64,000 nucleotides of DNA from an uncultured Planctomycetia bacterium. Lineage in GTDB: Bacteria > Planctomycetota > Planctomycetia > Pirellulales > Pirellulaceae. How positions within the stretch are numbered: position 1 is the stretch's first letter; every line of letters starts with the position of its first letter. The stretch lies in contig CAVQQG010000001.1 of the NCBI GenBank assembly GCA_963714965.1, forward strand, positions 1,480,653 to 1,544,652, read 5' to 3'. Under the pieces are notes generated by a model. That model was not told the origin of the DNA. It worked only from the letters and a program-made list of their open reading frames with translations, and made no database searches. The position numbers and the translations under genes were made by a program. Positions 52,348-64,000 of the stretch are shown one piece after another.

Positions 52348-53339
52348 CAGGCGTTTTCTCCCCCGCCGGCCGGTCCTTCATACAATGTCGCGACCCACGG
52401 ACCGTACCCATTGTATTTGACCGTTGGCACGCGGCGCCCCCAGGTTCCCAACAGCACTTCCGATTCTTGGGACCAGCGGGGATGCGGCTGCCCGGGATCC
52501 ACGTTTGCCACCAGATCGTATTCATCGGGCTGCAGGGTGTTCCAGAAGGACCTTGCCCGATGGCTGGTGAACGTGATCCGCACCACGCTCTTGGGTCCCT
52601 TGAATCCGTACTTCCAGGGAATCACAACCCGCAGGGGTGCTCCCGACTGGGGTTGCAGTTGGGAGTCGTACATGCCGACGGCAGCCAGCGTCAACGGGTG
52701 CATGGCTTCGCTCAGGGTCAGCGATTCGCAATAGGGCCACGGCACGCGGGGTGCCTTTTGACGAGGGGCCTGGTCAGGATCCAGAAAGCTCTGGATGGTA
52801 ATGAAGCGCGCCGAGTCCAGTGGTTCGACACGCTGCAACAGGGTGGACAGCGGCACGCCGATCCAGGGTACGGCCATGGCCCAGGCTTCCACGCAGCGAA
52901 ACCGGTAAACGCGCCGCTCCAGCGGCAGACGCAATATATCCTCCAGTTGGATACGAATCGGTTCCCGGACCTGGCCGTCAATTAACAGGGTCCATGGATC
53001 CAGTCGAAAATTCCGGCAGCGTCGAATCGCCGCCGATTTGCTCAGGGTGAATTCATAGAAGTTGTTAAATCGAAAGACGATGTCAGCCGGCGTGATCGCG
53101 CGGCCAACCGGACCATACTGGTCGTTACCGGTGACTCCCTGCAGACGGGGCGTGGGATTGATCGCCGGTCGGGTGATCCAGCGGGCGGTCGGGACCAGGC
53201 CGGCACCCGCAATACTGCTGATGCCCAGCGCCTGCAGGAAACGTCGCCGCGAGCGGTAGACCGATTCGTCGGTCACCGCTGATTCCGGCAATTCCCAGTC
53301 TTTCTTTTTGCGACCCCACATTCTGACAACTTTCTGCAA
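52347..53339 (-). CDS. msrP: protein-methionine-sulfoxide reductase catalytic subunit MsrP (molybdopterin oxidoreductase, sulfite-oxidase family)
   Basis: Tat signal SRRRFLQALG and a YedY-like core. Confidence 0.85.
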   Translation of the reverse strand: MQKVVRMWGRKKKDWELPESAVTDESVYRSRRRFLQALGISSIAGAGLVPTARWITRPAINPTPRLQGVTGNDQYGPVGRAITPADIVFRFNNFYEFTLSKSAAIRRCRNFRLDPWTLLIDGQVREPIRIQLEDILRLPLERRVYRFRCVEAWAMAVPWIGVPLSTLLQRVEPLDSARFITIQSFLDPDQAPRQKAPRVPWPYCESLTLSEAMHPLTLAAVGMYDSQLQPQSGAPLRVVIPWKYGFKGPKSVVRITFTSHRARSFWNTLQPDEYDLVANVDPGQPHPRWSQESEVLLGTWGRRVPTVKYNGYGPWVATLYEGPAGGGENA

Positions 53340-54131
53340 AACCGGACGGGATCATGCTGCTCCAAATCTACCTGCTCGTCCGCACGCCGGGCAACCGGCA
53401 GCATATCCAGTCCCGGGCCCGTACACGGCCCGTCCCATCCGCCAGTGCCTGGTTAGCCGGCATTCCGCCTGACAGCTGCGTGGCTTGCATCTGTTCGATT
53501 CCCCGGGATCACCTATAATCGGATCTCCGCATCGCTTTTCGCGGACCGGCCGGTCGGTCTCCTGCTCTTTGCCGGCCACTATTCCGCAGGGCGTGATGGA
53601 GTCCACCGTATGTTGATGATGCAACCCTGTTTCTGCTGGTTATCTGCTTCGCCAGAATCATTAAACGTTGCCGTGTCTTCACCGGCGACATGGATCCAGG
53701 CGACGGGGACCATCCGGCAAATTACCATCCAGCCACCCCGGGCCACTGACCGCCGGCATCCGGATAAGGCAGCAACTCCACTGTGGGTCTGGTTTTTGCT
53801 GGCTCCCGTCATTCTGCCGTTACTGTTTTTGTTGCTGCGCCGATCATCGGCCCGGCCAGACCATTGGCAGTCCAGGACTCCTCCGGTCCGGCAGCGATTT
53901 CGCGCAACGTTGCGCCGAATATGTTCGTTCCCGCCGCAAAACCCCCGAGGCTGCACTGGTTGAGCAAAATCATCCCACCCGCTCCGGCAATACGGTCCGT
54001 GTTATCGACACCCCCGTGGCGTCGGTTAAACGGCAAACCCGCTACGGGCCGGAGCAGGAACCGGGCAAGGGCGACCGGGTGATGGTTGGGGAACGCACGA
54101 AGCGAGAGCGGACAACGACGAATGCCCGGTT

Positions 54132-55495
54132 TTGTCCAGCGAAGGCCCGGCAAACAGGGCGAGCAATGACCATGGCCCTGTTTCGCAACCCGCCGGCGCC
54201 GACTCGGCAGTTCATGCCGCGACCCGTATGCAGGCATCCCGCCAGAGGTTCCCGGCGCCTGCGGCGGGCAGCCTGTCCGGCAGTTCGCCCTTGCTGGCAC
54301 AACTCCAGCGGGAACTGGCTGTCGTCGCCGCGCAGCGCGATCGGTTGCAGCATGAAAAGGAAGGCTGTCGTGCGCGTTTGGCTGACGTTCAGGTCCAGCA
54401 CGATCAGTGGCTGCGTTCTGACAAATTACCGTTGCTGGAAAGCGAGCTGGAATCGATGCGTACCGAACTGAACGAACTGTCGTCGTCCCGGAATCAGGCC
54501 CGTCAACAACTGGCCGACGAGACGGAGAAACATGAATTGACTTTGCAGCAACTGAATGCCCTCCGAATGCAGTTTCAGGATACAACCCGGCAACTGCAGC
54601 AAACGCAGGACCAGTTGCAGGAGGCGGAGCAGCGGAGTACCGGGCTGCAGAAAACCGCAGCGGCCTGCCGCGGGGCCCGGCAGGACGTGGTTGAACTTCG
54701 CCAACAGCTCGACGATGCCAATGCAGTCCTGGCCGATCAGGCGCGGCAACTGGCGGTATTGCAGGTGACTGGCGACGCGCAGCGGAATGAAAACGCCGAC
54801 CTGATCCGCCGCTGTTCCGAATTGCAGGCGGCGGCATCCGGCACCCGCCAGCGGGACGATCTGCAATGCCGGATTGTGCAACTCGAGAACGAGTTGTTGA
54901 ACCAGCAACAGCAGACCCGCAGCCTGGTGGCGGAATTGAACGAGGCCGGACGCCGTGCGCCGGGATGGATCGCACCGCGACCGGCGGTGATGTCGCCGGG
55001 GACGCGGAAATCGCAGCCAAACTGGATGAAAAACACAAAAAACTGGCCCTCGTCAAACGCAAACTTCGTGAAAAACTGGCGCTAATCAGTCGGCAACAAC
55101 AGCAACTGGCCCGCGCCAACCAGCGGGCAGATCAGCTGGCCGCCCAATTGGCGGAAATCCAGTGTGCCGCCGCTGACACGTCGGAATCGCTGGATCAAAT
55201 CCTGGCGTTTGAGGACGCCGAGGATGACTCGCAACAAATCGCTGAGCTGCAACAGGAAATCGAGCAACTGAAAAAACGCGTGCTGGTTGCTCAAAAAACG
55301 GAGTCCAAACTGAAAGACGCGCTGACGCGACTCGCCGAACTGGAAAAACGCGTGCTGGACGGCGCCCGTACCCGGTCGCTTGTGGCGGAATTGCGTTCGG
55401 AAAATCACCGGATTTCCGGGCAACTGGCGCAGTCCCGCGCCCTCATCAAGCAGCTGAAAACGAAACTGTCCGAACGCGGTCCCGGAACCGATTGA
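54132..55495 (+). CDS. long coiled-coil protein (Q/L/A/E-rich), apparently frameshifted near 54950-55000
   Basis: Two overlapping ORFs (54132..55085 and 54866..55495) with continuous heptad-rich sequence. An upstream segment at 53610 has a TM helix in another frame. Confidence 0.4.
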
Positions 55496-55503
55496 CGCAT
55501 GCC

Positions 55504-55531
55504 GGGTTGCGGGTTGCGGGTTGCGGGTTGC
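55504..55531. repeat. four tandem copies of the heptamer GGGTTGC
   Basis: Counted directly. Lies in the convergent intergenic spacer between the coiled-coil gene and gyrB. Confidence 0.9.
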
Positions 55532-55566
55532 GGAATGGTCCGGATACGGTTTCCGGCACGATCCAA

Positions 55567-58089
<2,523 letters not shown>

Positions 58090-58108
58090 TCAGCGGGATG
58101 GCCGGGTA

Positions 58109-58495
58109 TCAGGTTCGAATGGTTCCGACCCGGAATCGCAGGGCCCGAATCCCGGCGTTGGGCAATGCCTCACGGATTTGTTGCAGCAGTTGAGCTTTTT
58201 CGAATCCCAATTGTTGCAACGCCGGCGAACTGTCGACGATGATTTCCAGGATACCCCGTCGAATCAGGGTGGCCTGCGTTTTGCCGGCATACCGGGCACC
58301 GGTCACTTTTTGCCAGGCAGCCTGCAATTCATCCTGGAACAACTCCTGGGTAAATCCGCGCCGCGAAATCAGCTTGCTGAGCAGTTCGGCCGAGGATTTG
58401 GGTTTGCGTTCGAATCGGCGGCGGCTTTCAAACTGCTCCATTGCCCGCCGGTCACCGTCCTGATCGTCATCGTAAATAGTCATGGTCCGGTTCAA
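58109..58495 (-). CDS. DUF721 domain protein (DciA-like), typical of the dnaN-gyrB locus
   Basis: Position and size. Its stop overlaps the dnaN stop region. Confidence 0.65.
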   Translation of the reverse strand: MNRTMTIYDDDQDGDRRAMEQFESRRRFERKPKSSAELLSKLISRRGFTQELFQDELQAAWQKVTGARYAGKTQATLIRRGILEIIVDSSPALQQLGFEKAQLLQQIREALPNAGIRALRFRVGTIRT

Positions 58496-59610
58496 CGGCG
58501 ATCCCGGGACAACGGCATGATGACATAACCGTACTTGTCATCCGTTTGACAGTAGGCGGCCTGTTCGCCGTTTTCCACGTCAAACGTAAATGACTTGTCC
58601 GGCTGCAGGACTTTCAGGAAATCCGCCACATAGCGGTGGTCCAGCGTGATCGTAATCTCTTCCTTGTCGTCATAGGCGATGGGCAATTCGATCCGCGACT
58701 GTCCCACTTCGGCCGTGCTGTTGGACAACACCAGGGAGCCGTTCTTGAACGTGAAATCCACACCCCGGCTTTCCTCACTGGCCACAATCGCCGCCTGCCG
58801 GAGGGCCGAATACATCGGACCGACGGGCAAGTCGATTTTGCTGGAATCGACCCGCTGGGGCAGCACTTCGCGCCATTTGGGAAACCGGCCTTCGACCAGC
58901 CGGGTGTAAAACACACCGTTTCGGTGCCTGACCAGCAGTTCGTTTTCACGAGGCGCGAACTGGACCGGTTCGTCACCCGCCGGAATCGTTCGTTCAATCA
59001 GTTGCATGGCTCGCGAGGGCACGATGGTGGTTTGGCCGGCGGCGGGATGGCCGTGGACCGTCACCGGGGCTTCCATCTTGGCCAGTCGCCGTCCATCGGT
59101 GCCCACCGCGGTCAAGATCTGATCGTTGACCTCCAGCAGAACACCACTCAACGCATAGCGGCTGCTCTCGGCGTCGGTCGCAAACAACGTCCGCTTGATC
59201 AACTCCCGCAATACGCCGGCCGGCACCTCATAGTAATCTTCGTCCGTGAAATCGACGACATCGGGGAATTCGTCCGGGTTTTGGCCCTGCAGTTCAAACC
59301 GCGATTGTTTGCCGGTTACCAGAATCTTGCTGGCGTCGGCCGTGATTTCCAGCTGCTCGTCAGCGGACTCGCGAAGAATGGCATTCAGCCGGGTGACAGG
59401 AATCACGGCCGCGCCCGGACTGTGCACCTGGACATCTTGCACCGATATACGGACACCCACTTCCATGTCCGTGGCGGTCAGTCGAACCGAATCACCGGCC
59501 GCTTCCAGTTTCACATTCTGCAAAATGGTCTTGGGACTGCGGGCCGGCGCGACGATGGCTGCGATTTGAAAAATCTGGGCAAATGGTTCACGCTTGATGG
59601 TAATTTTCAC
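58492..59610 (-). CDS. dnaN: DNA polymerase III beta sliding clamp
   Basis: Three-domain clamp similarity; VKITIKRE N-terminus (GTG start). Confidence 0.9.
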   Translation of the reverse strand: MKITIKREPFAQIFQIAAIVAPARSPKTILQNVKLEAAGDSVRLTATDMEVGVRISVQDVQVHSPGAAVIPVTRLNAILRESADEQLEITADASKILVTGKQSRFELQGQNPDEFPDVVDFTDEDYYEVPAGVLRELIKRTLFATDAESSRYALSGVLLEVNDQILTAVGTDGRRLAKMEAPVTVHGHPAAGQTTIVPSRAMQLIERTIPAGDEPVQFAPRENELLVRHRNGVFYTRLVEGRFPKWREVLPQRVDSSKIDLPVGPMYSALRQAAIVASEESRGVDFTFKNGSLVLSNSTAEVGQSRIELPIAYDDKEEITITLDHRYVADFLKVLQPDKSFTFDVENGEQAAYCQTDDKYGYVIMPLSRDRR

Positions 59611-59640
59611 GGAGTTTGACTTTCTGTTTTTCCGAACCAA

Positions 59641-59976
59641 CGGAGGAGTGGACCGGTCAACCAGTTGACCAGTTCATAAAACAAAACATGTATTCAGCAG
59701 TAGTAACAGTGTTCCGGACAAAATGTTGAATGCCGGTCTGACAGATCAAAAAACAACGGGTTTCATGAGGCCGATGATCGCGTGACGGCGGGGAAAACAT
59801 GTTGAAGCCCTGGTATTCCTGTGTTATCGGACTTTCAATCGCGTGTTAATCCATGGTCCGGGGAGAGCGATTTGTTGGAATCCGGGGCCAGACGGACAAA
59901 CAGCAACAATACATCAACAGGTTCTCCGGCGGGTGACAGTCGTTTACTTCCACAGCTGGTCAGGAGTCAGGTATCT
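59641..59976. other. candidate oriC: low-GC dnaA-dnaN intergenic spacer
   Basis: Clearly AT-richer than the flanks. Imperfect DnaA-box-like 9-mers (e.g. TTCCACAGC, TGTTATCGG). Sits between dnaA and dnaN. Confidence 0.4.
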
Positions 59977-61164
59977 TCAAGGGGCAAGCCGTTTCTCCAG
60001 TTTCTGCCGCAACAAATCCAGTGCTTCGCCGAGCGCAGGATCGGTGCCGCGTTGTGCGGCAATCACGCGGCAGGCATGACGGATCGTGGACGCATCGCGC
60101 TGGCCCAACAGCTGGCCAATCCGGGAAAATCCCGCCGAAAACTCGACCCGCGCCAGCCAGGCCACCACGCTGCGGGCCCGAACCAGTGGCCGTTGGCGAC
60201 CGGGCCCGGTCAGGTCGCTGACCCGCAATCGAAAATGGCGAGCGACCATCTTCAACAGAATCGCGAAATGCCGCGGATCCATTTCGGGACGGACGTGCTG
60301 CAACAGATTTTCCAGCCGGCGTCGCGGAATGTGCGTCGGGCAACCGGCGTTATCGATTGCCAATCGCGACAAGGCCCGACAAATGAGCGGGACTGAGCGG
60401 GGCAACGTGTCGACCAGCCATTCCAGATCCGGAGGATCGATGTTCAGGTCCAGTCGCTCAAGCAATTGCTCGACCAGCCTGGACCGGGCCGCTCGTCCCG
60501 GCGGCTGCACCGAAATCGACAATCCGGCCGACAAGCGGGATCGTAATGGCTGGGGTAACGCGTGATCGGCAAACGGGGCCGTCAGCATCGTGACCAGGAC
60601 CGGGCGTTGCCGCTGGTTGAACTGGTCCAGCAACTGGGTCCATTCCCGAGCGAGTGCGGAGTGGTTGGCCGGCAGCGTCAAATCATCCACCAGCAGCGTG
60701 TCATACGCCACAAGGTGCTCGTGGAACTGTGCCAGCGACCGCGTCGCACAGGCCTTGCGAAATTCACGAGCAAACTCCGTGCCTGATGTTCGCAGCCAGC
60801 GGCCCGGCAACCGGCGAACCAGCAGCTCGGCCAAAGTCGTCTTGCCCACACCCGAGGGGCCATACAAAACCAGTGGCCAGCGGACACCCGGAATTTCCGC
60901 CGTTGTGCCGCGACGGGTAACCGATTCCGAACACCATAACTGTAACAGGGGGTTGGATTGATCCGCGTAATAACGATTCAGCAGAAACGGGCCGGCAGGC
61001 GTTTGCGGTTGACCAACGACCAAACTCCGCTGGTCCGTGAGCGGGCCCGTGGACCAGCCGGGACCGTCGCGCAAGGGGATCGCAGGAAATGAAAAAACAG
61101 CTGCCGACACGGATTCCGAAATCCAACTGAAGATGACGTTCAGACGCCCGCCAAACCGCCCCAC
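59977..61164 (-). CDS. dnaA: chromosomal replication initiator DnaA (divergent N-terminus)
   Basis: AAA+ Walker A LYGPSGVGKTTL. C-terminal domain-IV helix-turn-helix (RPLVRARSVVAWLAR...). Confidence 0.8.
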   Translation of the reverse strand: MGRFGGRLNVIFSWISESVSAAVFSFPAIPLRDGPGWSTGPLTDQRSLVVGQPQTPAGPFLLNRYYADQSNPLLQLWCSESVTRRGTTAEIPGVRWPLVLYGPSGVGKTTLAELLVRRLPGRWLRTSGTEFAREFRKACATRSLAQFHEHLVAYDTLLVDDLTLPANHSALAREWTQLLDQFNQRQRPVLVTMLTAPFADHALPQPLRSRLSAGLSISVQPPGRAARSRLVEQLLERLDLNIDPPDLEWLVDTLPRSVPLICRALSRLAIDNAGCPTHIPRRRLENLLQHVRPEMDPRHFAILLKMVARHFRLRVSDLTGPGRQRPLVRARSVVAWLARVEFSAGFSRIGQLLGQRDASTIRHACRVIAAQRGTDPALGEALDLLRQKLEKRLAP

Positions 61165-61237
61165 CGGGGCTCGGGAGGCCGTCCCGTTCGGGAACGGATT
61201 CTAACATTTTTTGCCCCCGGCAACGAGGTGCAAAAGC

Positions 61238-62443
61238 CTAATTTCTTCCGCTTTTTCCTCGACGTAAATGCTTGACGGCATTGATGATACGATTCGCAGC
61301 CTGGACGCTTTCGGCCGGCGTGTTCTGGCGGCTGAAACTGATCCGCAGGGAACTGCTGATCACCCGCGATTCCAGGCCCATGGCTTGCAAGACATGGGAT
61401 GGTTCGCTGGATCCGCTGGCGCATGCCGAACCGGTCGATATCGCCAGGCCCGCCATATCACAGGCCAGCATCAGCGGCTGTCGTTCGACGGCTGGAATGC
61501 CGGAATTACCCGGAAATGCGATATTGGAACAATGCGGGGCCCGGGGTCCGGCCCCACCGTTGATTCGGCAGTCGGGCAGGCCGGCCCCAACAGCTTCCTC
61601 GAACGCATCGCGCAGTGACTGCAAATAGTGGGGGTTGGTTGCCAGATGCGTGTCCGCCAGCATCAGGGCCTCGGCAAATCCAACCGCCAAAGCCACATCT
61701 TCGGTTCCCGGCCGCAAGCCCAGTTGCTGAAAGCCGCCAAATAACAGGGGCGTCAATTCGCGATGCGATCCACTGAGCACCAGGGCCCCAATGCCTCGCG
61801 GCCCATGCAATTTGTGGGCCGTCAGACTCAACGCCGTAACCCCGGCGGCCGCCAGCTCCCGGAAACGAACCGGTATTTTGCCAACCGCCTGAACGGCATC
61901 GCAGTGCATGGGGATATTCCGCCGCGCGCAAATCCGGGCGGCTTCGGCAACCGGCTGAATATTGCCGGTTTCGTTATTAACCATCATCAAACTGACCAAC
62001 CGGGTTCGCTCGTCGAGCAACCGGGGCAGCACGTCCAGGCGAGCACATCCCTGCGAATCGACCGGCAACCGGCGGACCTCCCATCCGCGTGAGCCGAGAA
62101 CGGAGACGGCCGTCAATATGCTGGGATGCTCGATCGTGGAAACCACAATGTTCGGCCGCTGCGGTTCCGTGTGAACCGCCAGCCCTCCCCGACACCAGCC
62201 CAGCAACGCCAGGTTGTTGGCCTCGGTACCACCACTGGTGAAGATCAACCGGTCATCCGGCCCCAGGTCAAGCCGCTCGCCTATTTGATGACGAGCCTGC
62301 TCCAGCCGCGCCGCGGCCTGTTGACCCGGTCGATGCTGGCTGGCCGGATTGACATAGCCCGCCCGGTAACACGCGATCATCGCCTCGCCAACCAGCGGGT
62401 CCAGTCGGGTCGTCGAGCAGGCATCCAGGTAAATCGGGTTCAT
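61238..62443 (-). CDS. cysteine desulfurase (NifS/IscS family, PLP-dependent)
   Basis: Lysine region SLTAHKLHGP and C-terminal active-site Cys loop STGSACASG. Confidence 0.85.
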   Translation of the reverse strand: MNPIYLDACSTTRLDPLVGEAMIACYRAGYVNPASQHRPGQQAAARLEQARHQIGERLDLGPDDRLIFTSGGTEANNLALLGWCRGGLAVHTEPQRPNIVVSTIEHPSILTAVSVLGSRGWEVRRLPVDSQGCARLDVLPRLLDERTRLVSLMMVNNETGNIQPVAEAARICARRNIPMHCDAVQAVGKIPVRFRELAAAGVTALSLTAHKLHGPRGIGALVLSGSHRELTPLLFGGFQQLGLRPGTEDVALAVGFAEALMLADTHLATNPHYLQSLRDAFEEAVGAGLPDCRINGGAGPRAPHCSNIAFPGNSGIPAVERQPLMLACDMAGLAISTGSACASGSSEPSHVLQAMGLESRVISSSLRISFSRQNTPAESVQAANRIINAVKHLRRGKSGRN

Positions 62444-62662
62444 CAATCCTACAGGGCCGGGTGCTGAGGAGTCCGGAAACAGGTGCCCGTCGTGTCCCGG
62501 TGGAACAAGACAGTGTAGGCGCCAGTCCGTCAAAAACCAGCTGTTTTGACGCTGCCCAACGGTCTTGCTGCAACGGCCCGGCTTTTTCATACTGCCGGAA
62601 TCCCCAATGATATCCTGCGGCTGATTGCCAGGACGACCGACTTGCCCCCATAGTATCCCCTA

Positions 62663-63403
62663 ATGCAGATCCCGGAAAACCAACGCGATGAACCGGAAAA
62701 CGATTCGGCGCTGCCGGACCGTGCGGTGCTGGAGGGATTGTCCGAACAGCATCGGGTGGAAGCGGTCCTGTTTCTGGCCCGCGAACCGCTGGGCAGTCGC
62801 AAGCTGGCGCAGCTGGCCGGATTATCCGACGGGACGCGAGCCCGGTCGCTGGTCCGGCAACTTAATCGGCACTACGACGAGGTGGGACGGGCCTTTAACG
62901 TTCAGCAAGTCGCCGGCGGATTTCAAATGCGGACGCGTCCCGCCTTCAGCACCTGGTTAACCCGGCTGAAACATGCCCCCGGGGCAATCCGCCTGACTGC
63001 GCCGGCACTGGAAACCCTGGCGGTGGTCGCCTATCGACAACCGGTTCGGAAAGCCGATATTGAAGCCGTCCGCGGAGTGAGTTGCGGGGATTTGTTGCGT
63101 CAACTGCTGGATCAGGGTATCGTGCGCATCGCCGGACGCAGCAGCGAATTGGGGAATCCGTACCTTTATGGAACGACCCGACGGTTTTTGGAGATTTTCG
63201 GACTCGCGAATCTGGATGCCTTGCCGCGGGCCGAGCAGCTGCGAGGCAGCGGGTTGCCGGCCCCGGCCCAACCGGAAAACCCGGCCGCGAAACCCTCGAA
63301 ACCACTCGACGAATCCGATGACAGGCCCCAAAATCTAGAGCTTGTCAGGGACCCACATTCCACACTCGATGTACTCCAGCAAAACAGCCTCCAGGAGGAG
63401 TAA
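62663..63403 (+). CDS. scpB: segregation and condensation protein B
   Basis: Tandem winged-helix ScpB domains. Confidence 0.85.
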   Translation: MQIPENQRDEPENDSALPDRAVLEGLSEQHRVEAVLFLAREPLGSRKLAQLAGLSDGTRARSLVRQLNRHYDEVGRAFNVQQVAGGFQMRTRPAFSTWLTRLKHAPGAIRLTAPALETLAVVAYRQPVRKADIEAVRGVSCGDLLRQLLDQGIVRIAGRSSELGNPYLYGTTRRFLEIFGLANLDALPRAEQLRGSGLPAPAQPENPAAKPSKPLDESDDRPQNLELVRDPHSTLDVLQQNSLQEE

Positions 63404-63406
63404 ACC

Positions 63407-63850
63407 GTGACCCTTTCGCCGACCGAGACCTTGAACTGCAACCTGCTGAATGCTTCGCTCGACACCGAAACGGTGGCGGCAAGGCGTTTCGGAGGCCAGC
63501 CGAACCCGTTCCCCGTGCGAGGACCGCGCACTGTCGACGAGGACGAGGACGACGACGAATTCGAGGACGAGGAGGACGAGGATTACGACTACGACGAGGA
63601 CGACGAGGACGACGAGGATGAGGTGGACGTCGACGTCGACGTGGATGAGGACGTGGATGATGATGACTACGACGAGGAATACGACGAGGAGTACGACGAA
63701 GACGACGACGACGATGACGATGATGACGATGATGACTACGACGAATGGGAAGAAGTCGACGATGACGACTTCGAAGAAGAAGACTGGGACGACGACGACG
63801 AAGAAGATGAGGACGACGACGACGACGAGGAGGATGATGACTGGGATTGA
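63407..63850 (+). CDS. extremely acidic D/E/Y-rich low-complexity protein
   Basis: AGGAGGAG RBS 6 nt before a GTG start, immediately after the scpB stop. About 110 consecutive residues are almost only D, E, Y, V, W. Confidence 0.5.
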   Translation: MTLSPTETLNCNLLNASLDTETVAARRFGGQPNPFPVRGPRTVDEDEDDDEFEDEEDEDYDYDEDDEDDEDEVDVDVDVDEDVDDDDYDEEYDEEYDEDDDDDDDDDDDDYDEWEEVDDDDFEEEDWDDDDEEDEDDDDDEEDDDWD

Positions 63851-64000
63851 TCCCGGTTAACGACCGGCCGGCCGGGGCAACCAGCCGTTGCAGTCACCCG
63901 CGACACCGGGAGTCCTCGCATGTCCCGTGCCGCCGAGCCGTTCATAATCGCTCACTCCCTGGGGAGCTGTGGCAGGAGCGCAGGAGCGGCTTGTCCGCAA

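Overview
High-GC (about 65-70%) bacterial chromosomal segment; the gene content (DUF1570, PEP-CTERM, Ycf48/BNR-like and PQQ-like beta-propeller proteins, divergent DnaA) looks like Planctomycetota, but I cannot verify the taxon. The window holds about 55 protein genes, one canonical tRNA-His and one degenerate tRNA-like element. The replication-origin neighbourhood is here: dnaA, dnaN, a DUF721 gene and gyrB on the minus strand at 55.5-61.2 kb, with a low-GC dnaA-dnaN spacer that is the best oriC candidate. There is a lipid-modification cluster (DCC oxidoreductase, FAD amine oxidase, DUF1365, two Cfa-family methyltransferases, a membrane protein) and an alpha-glucan cluster (glgA, a GalT-like HIT gene, a GH57 gene). 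Housekeeping genes include def, folK, metF, sufE, parA, msrP, scpB, a class II photolyase and a cysteine desulfurase. Two genes carry an in-frame TGA exactly at the conserved redox cysteine: an AhpD-like gene (CxxC becomes CxxU at 560-562) and a thioredoxin-like gene (WCxxC becomes UxxC at 49188-49190). These are candidate selenoproteins and the main result. Other items: an orphan C5 DNA methyltransferase fused to a ribbon-helix-helix domain, a Cys-rich protein built from about 9.5 near-perfect 21-bp tandem repeats, an extremely acidic small ORF after scpB, and a roughly 1-kb low-GC non-coding island between def and folK. At least five conserved genes are broken by single-base frameshifts, mostly at G/C runs, so this looks like an error-prone assembly and pseudogene calls should be cautious. 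Most other six-frame ORFs are antisense shadow ORFs typical of high-GC DNA.
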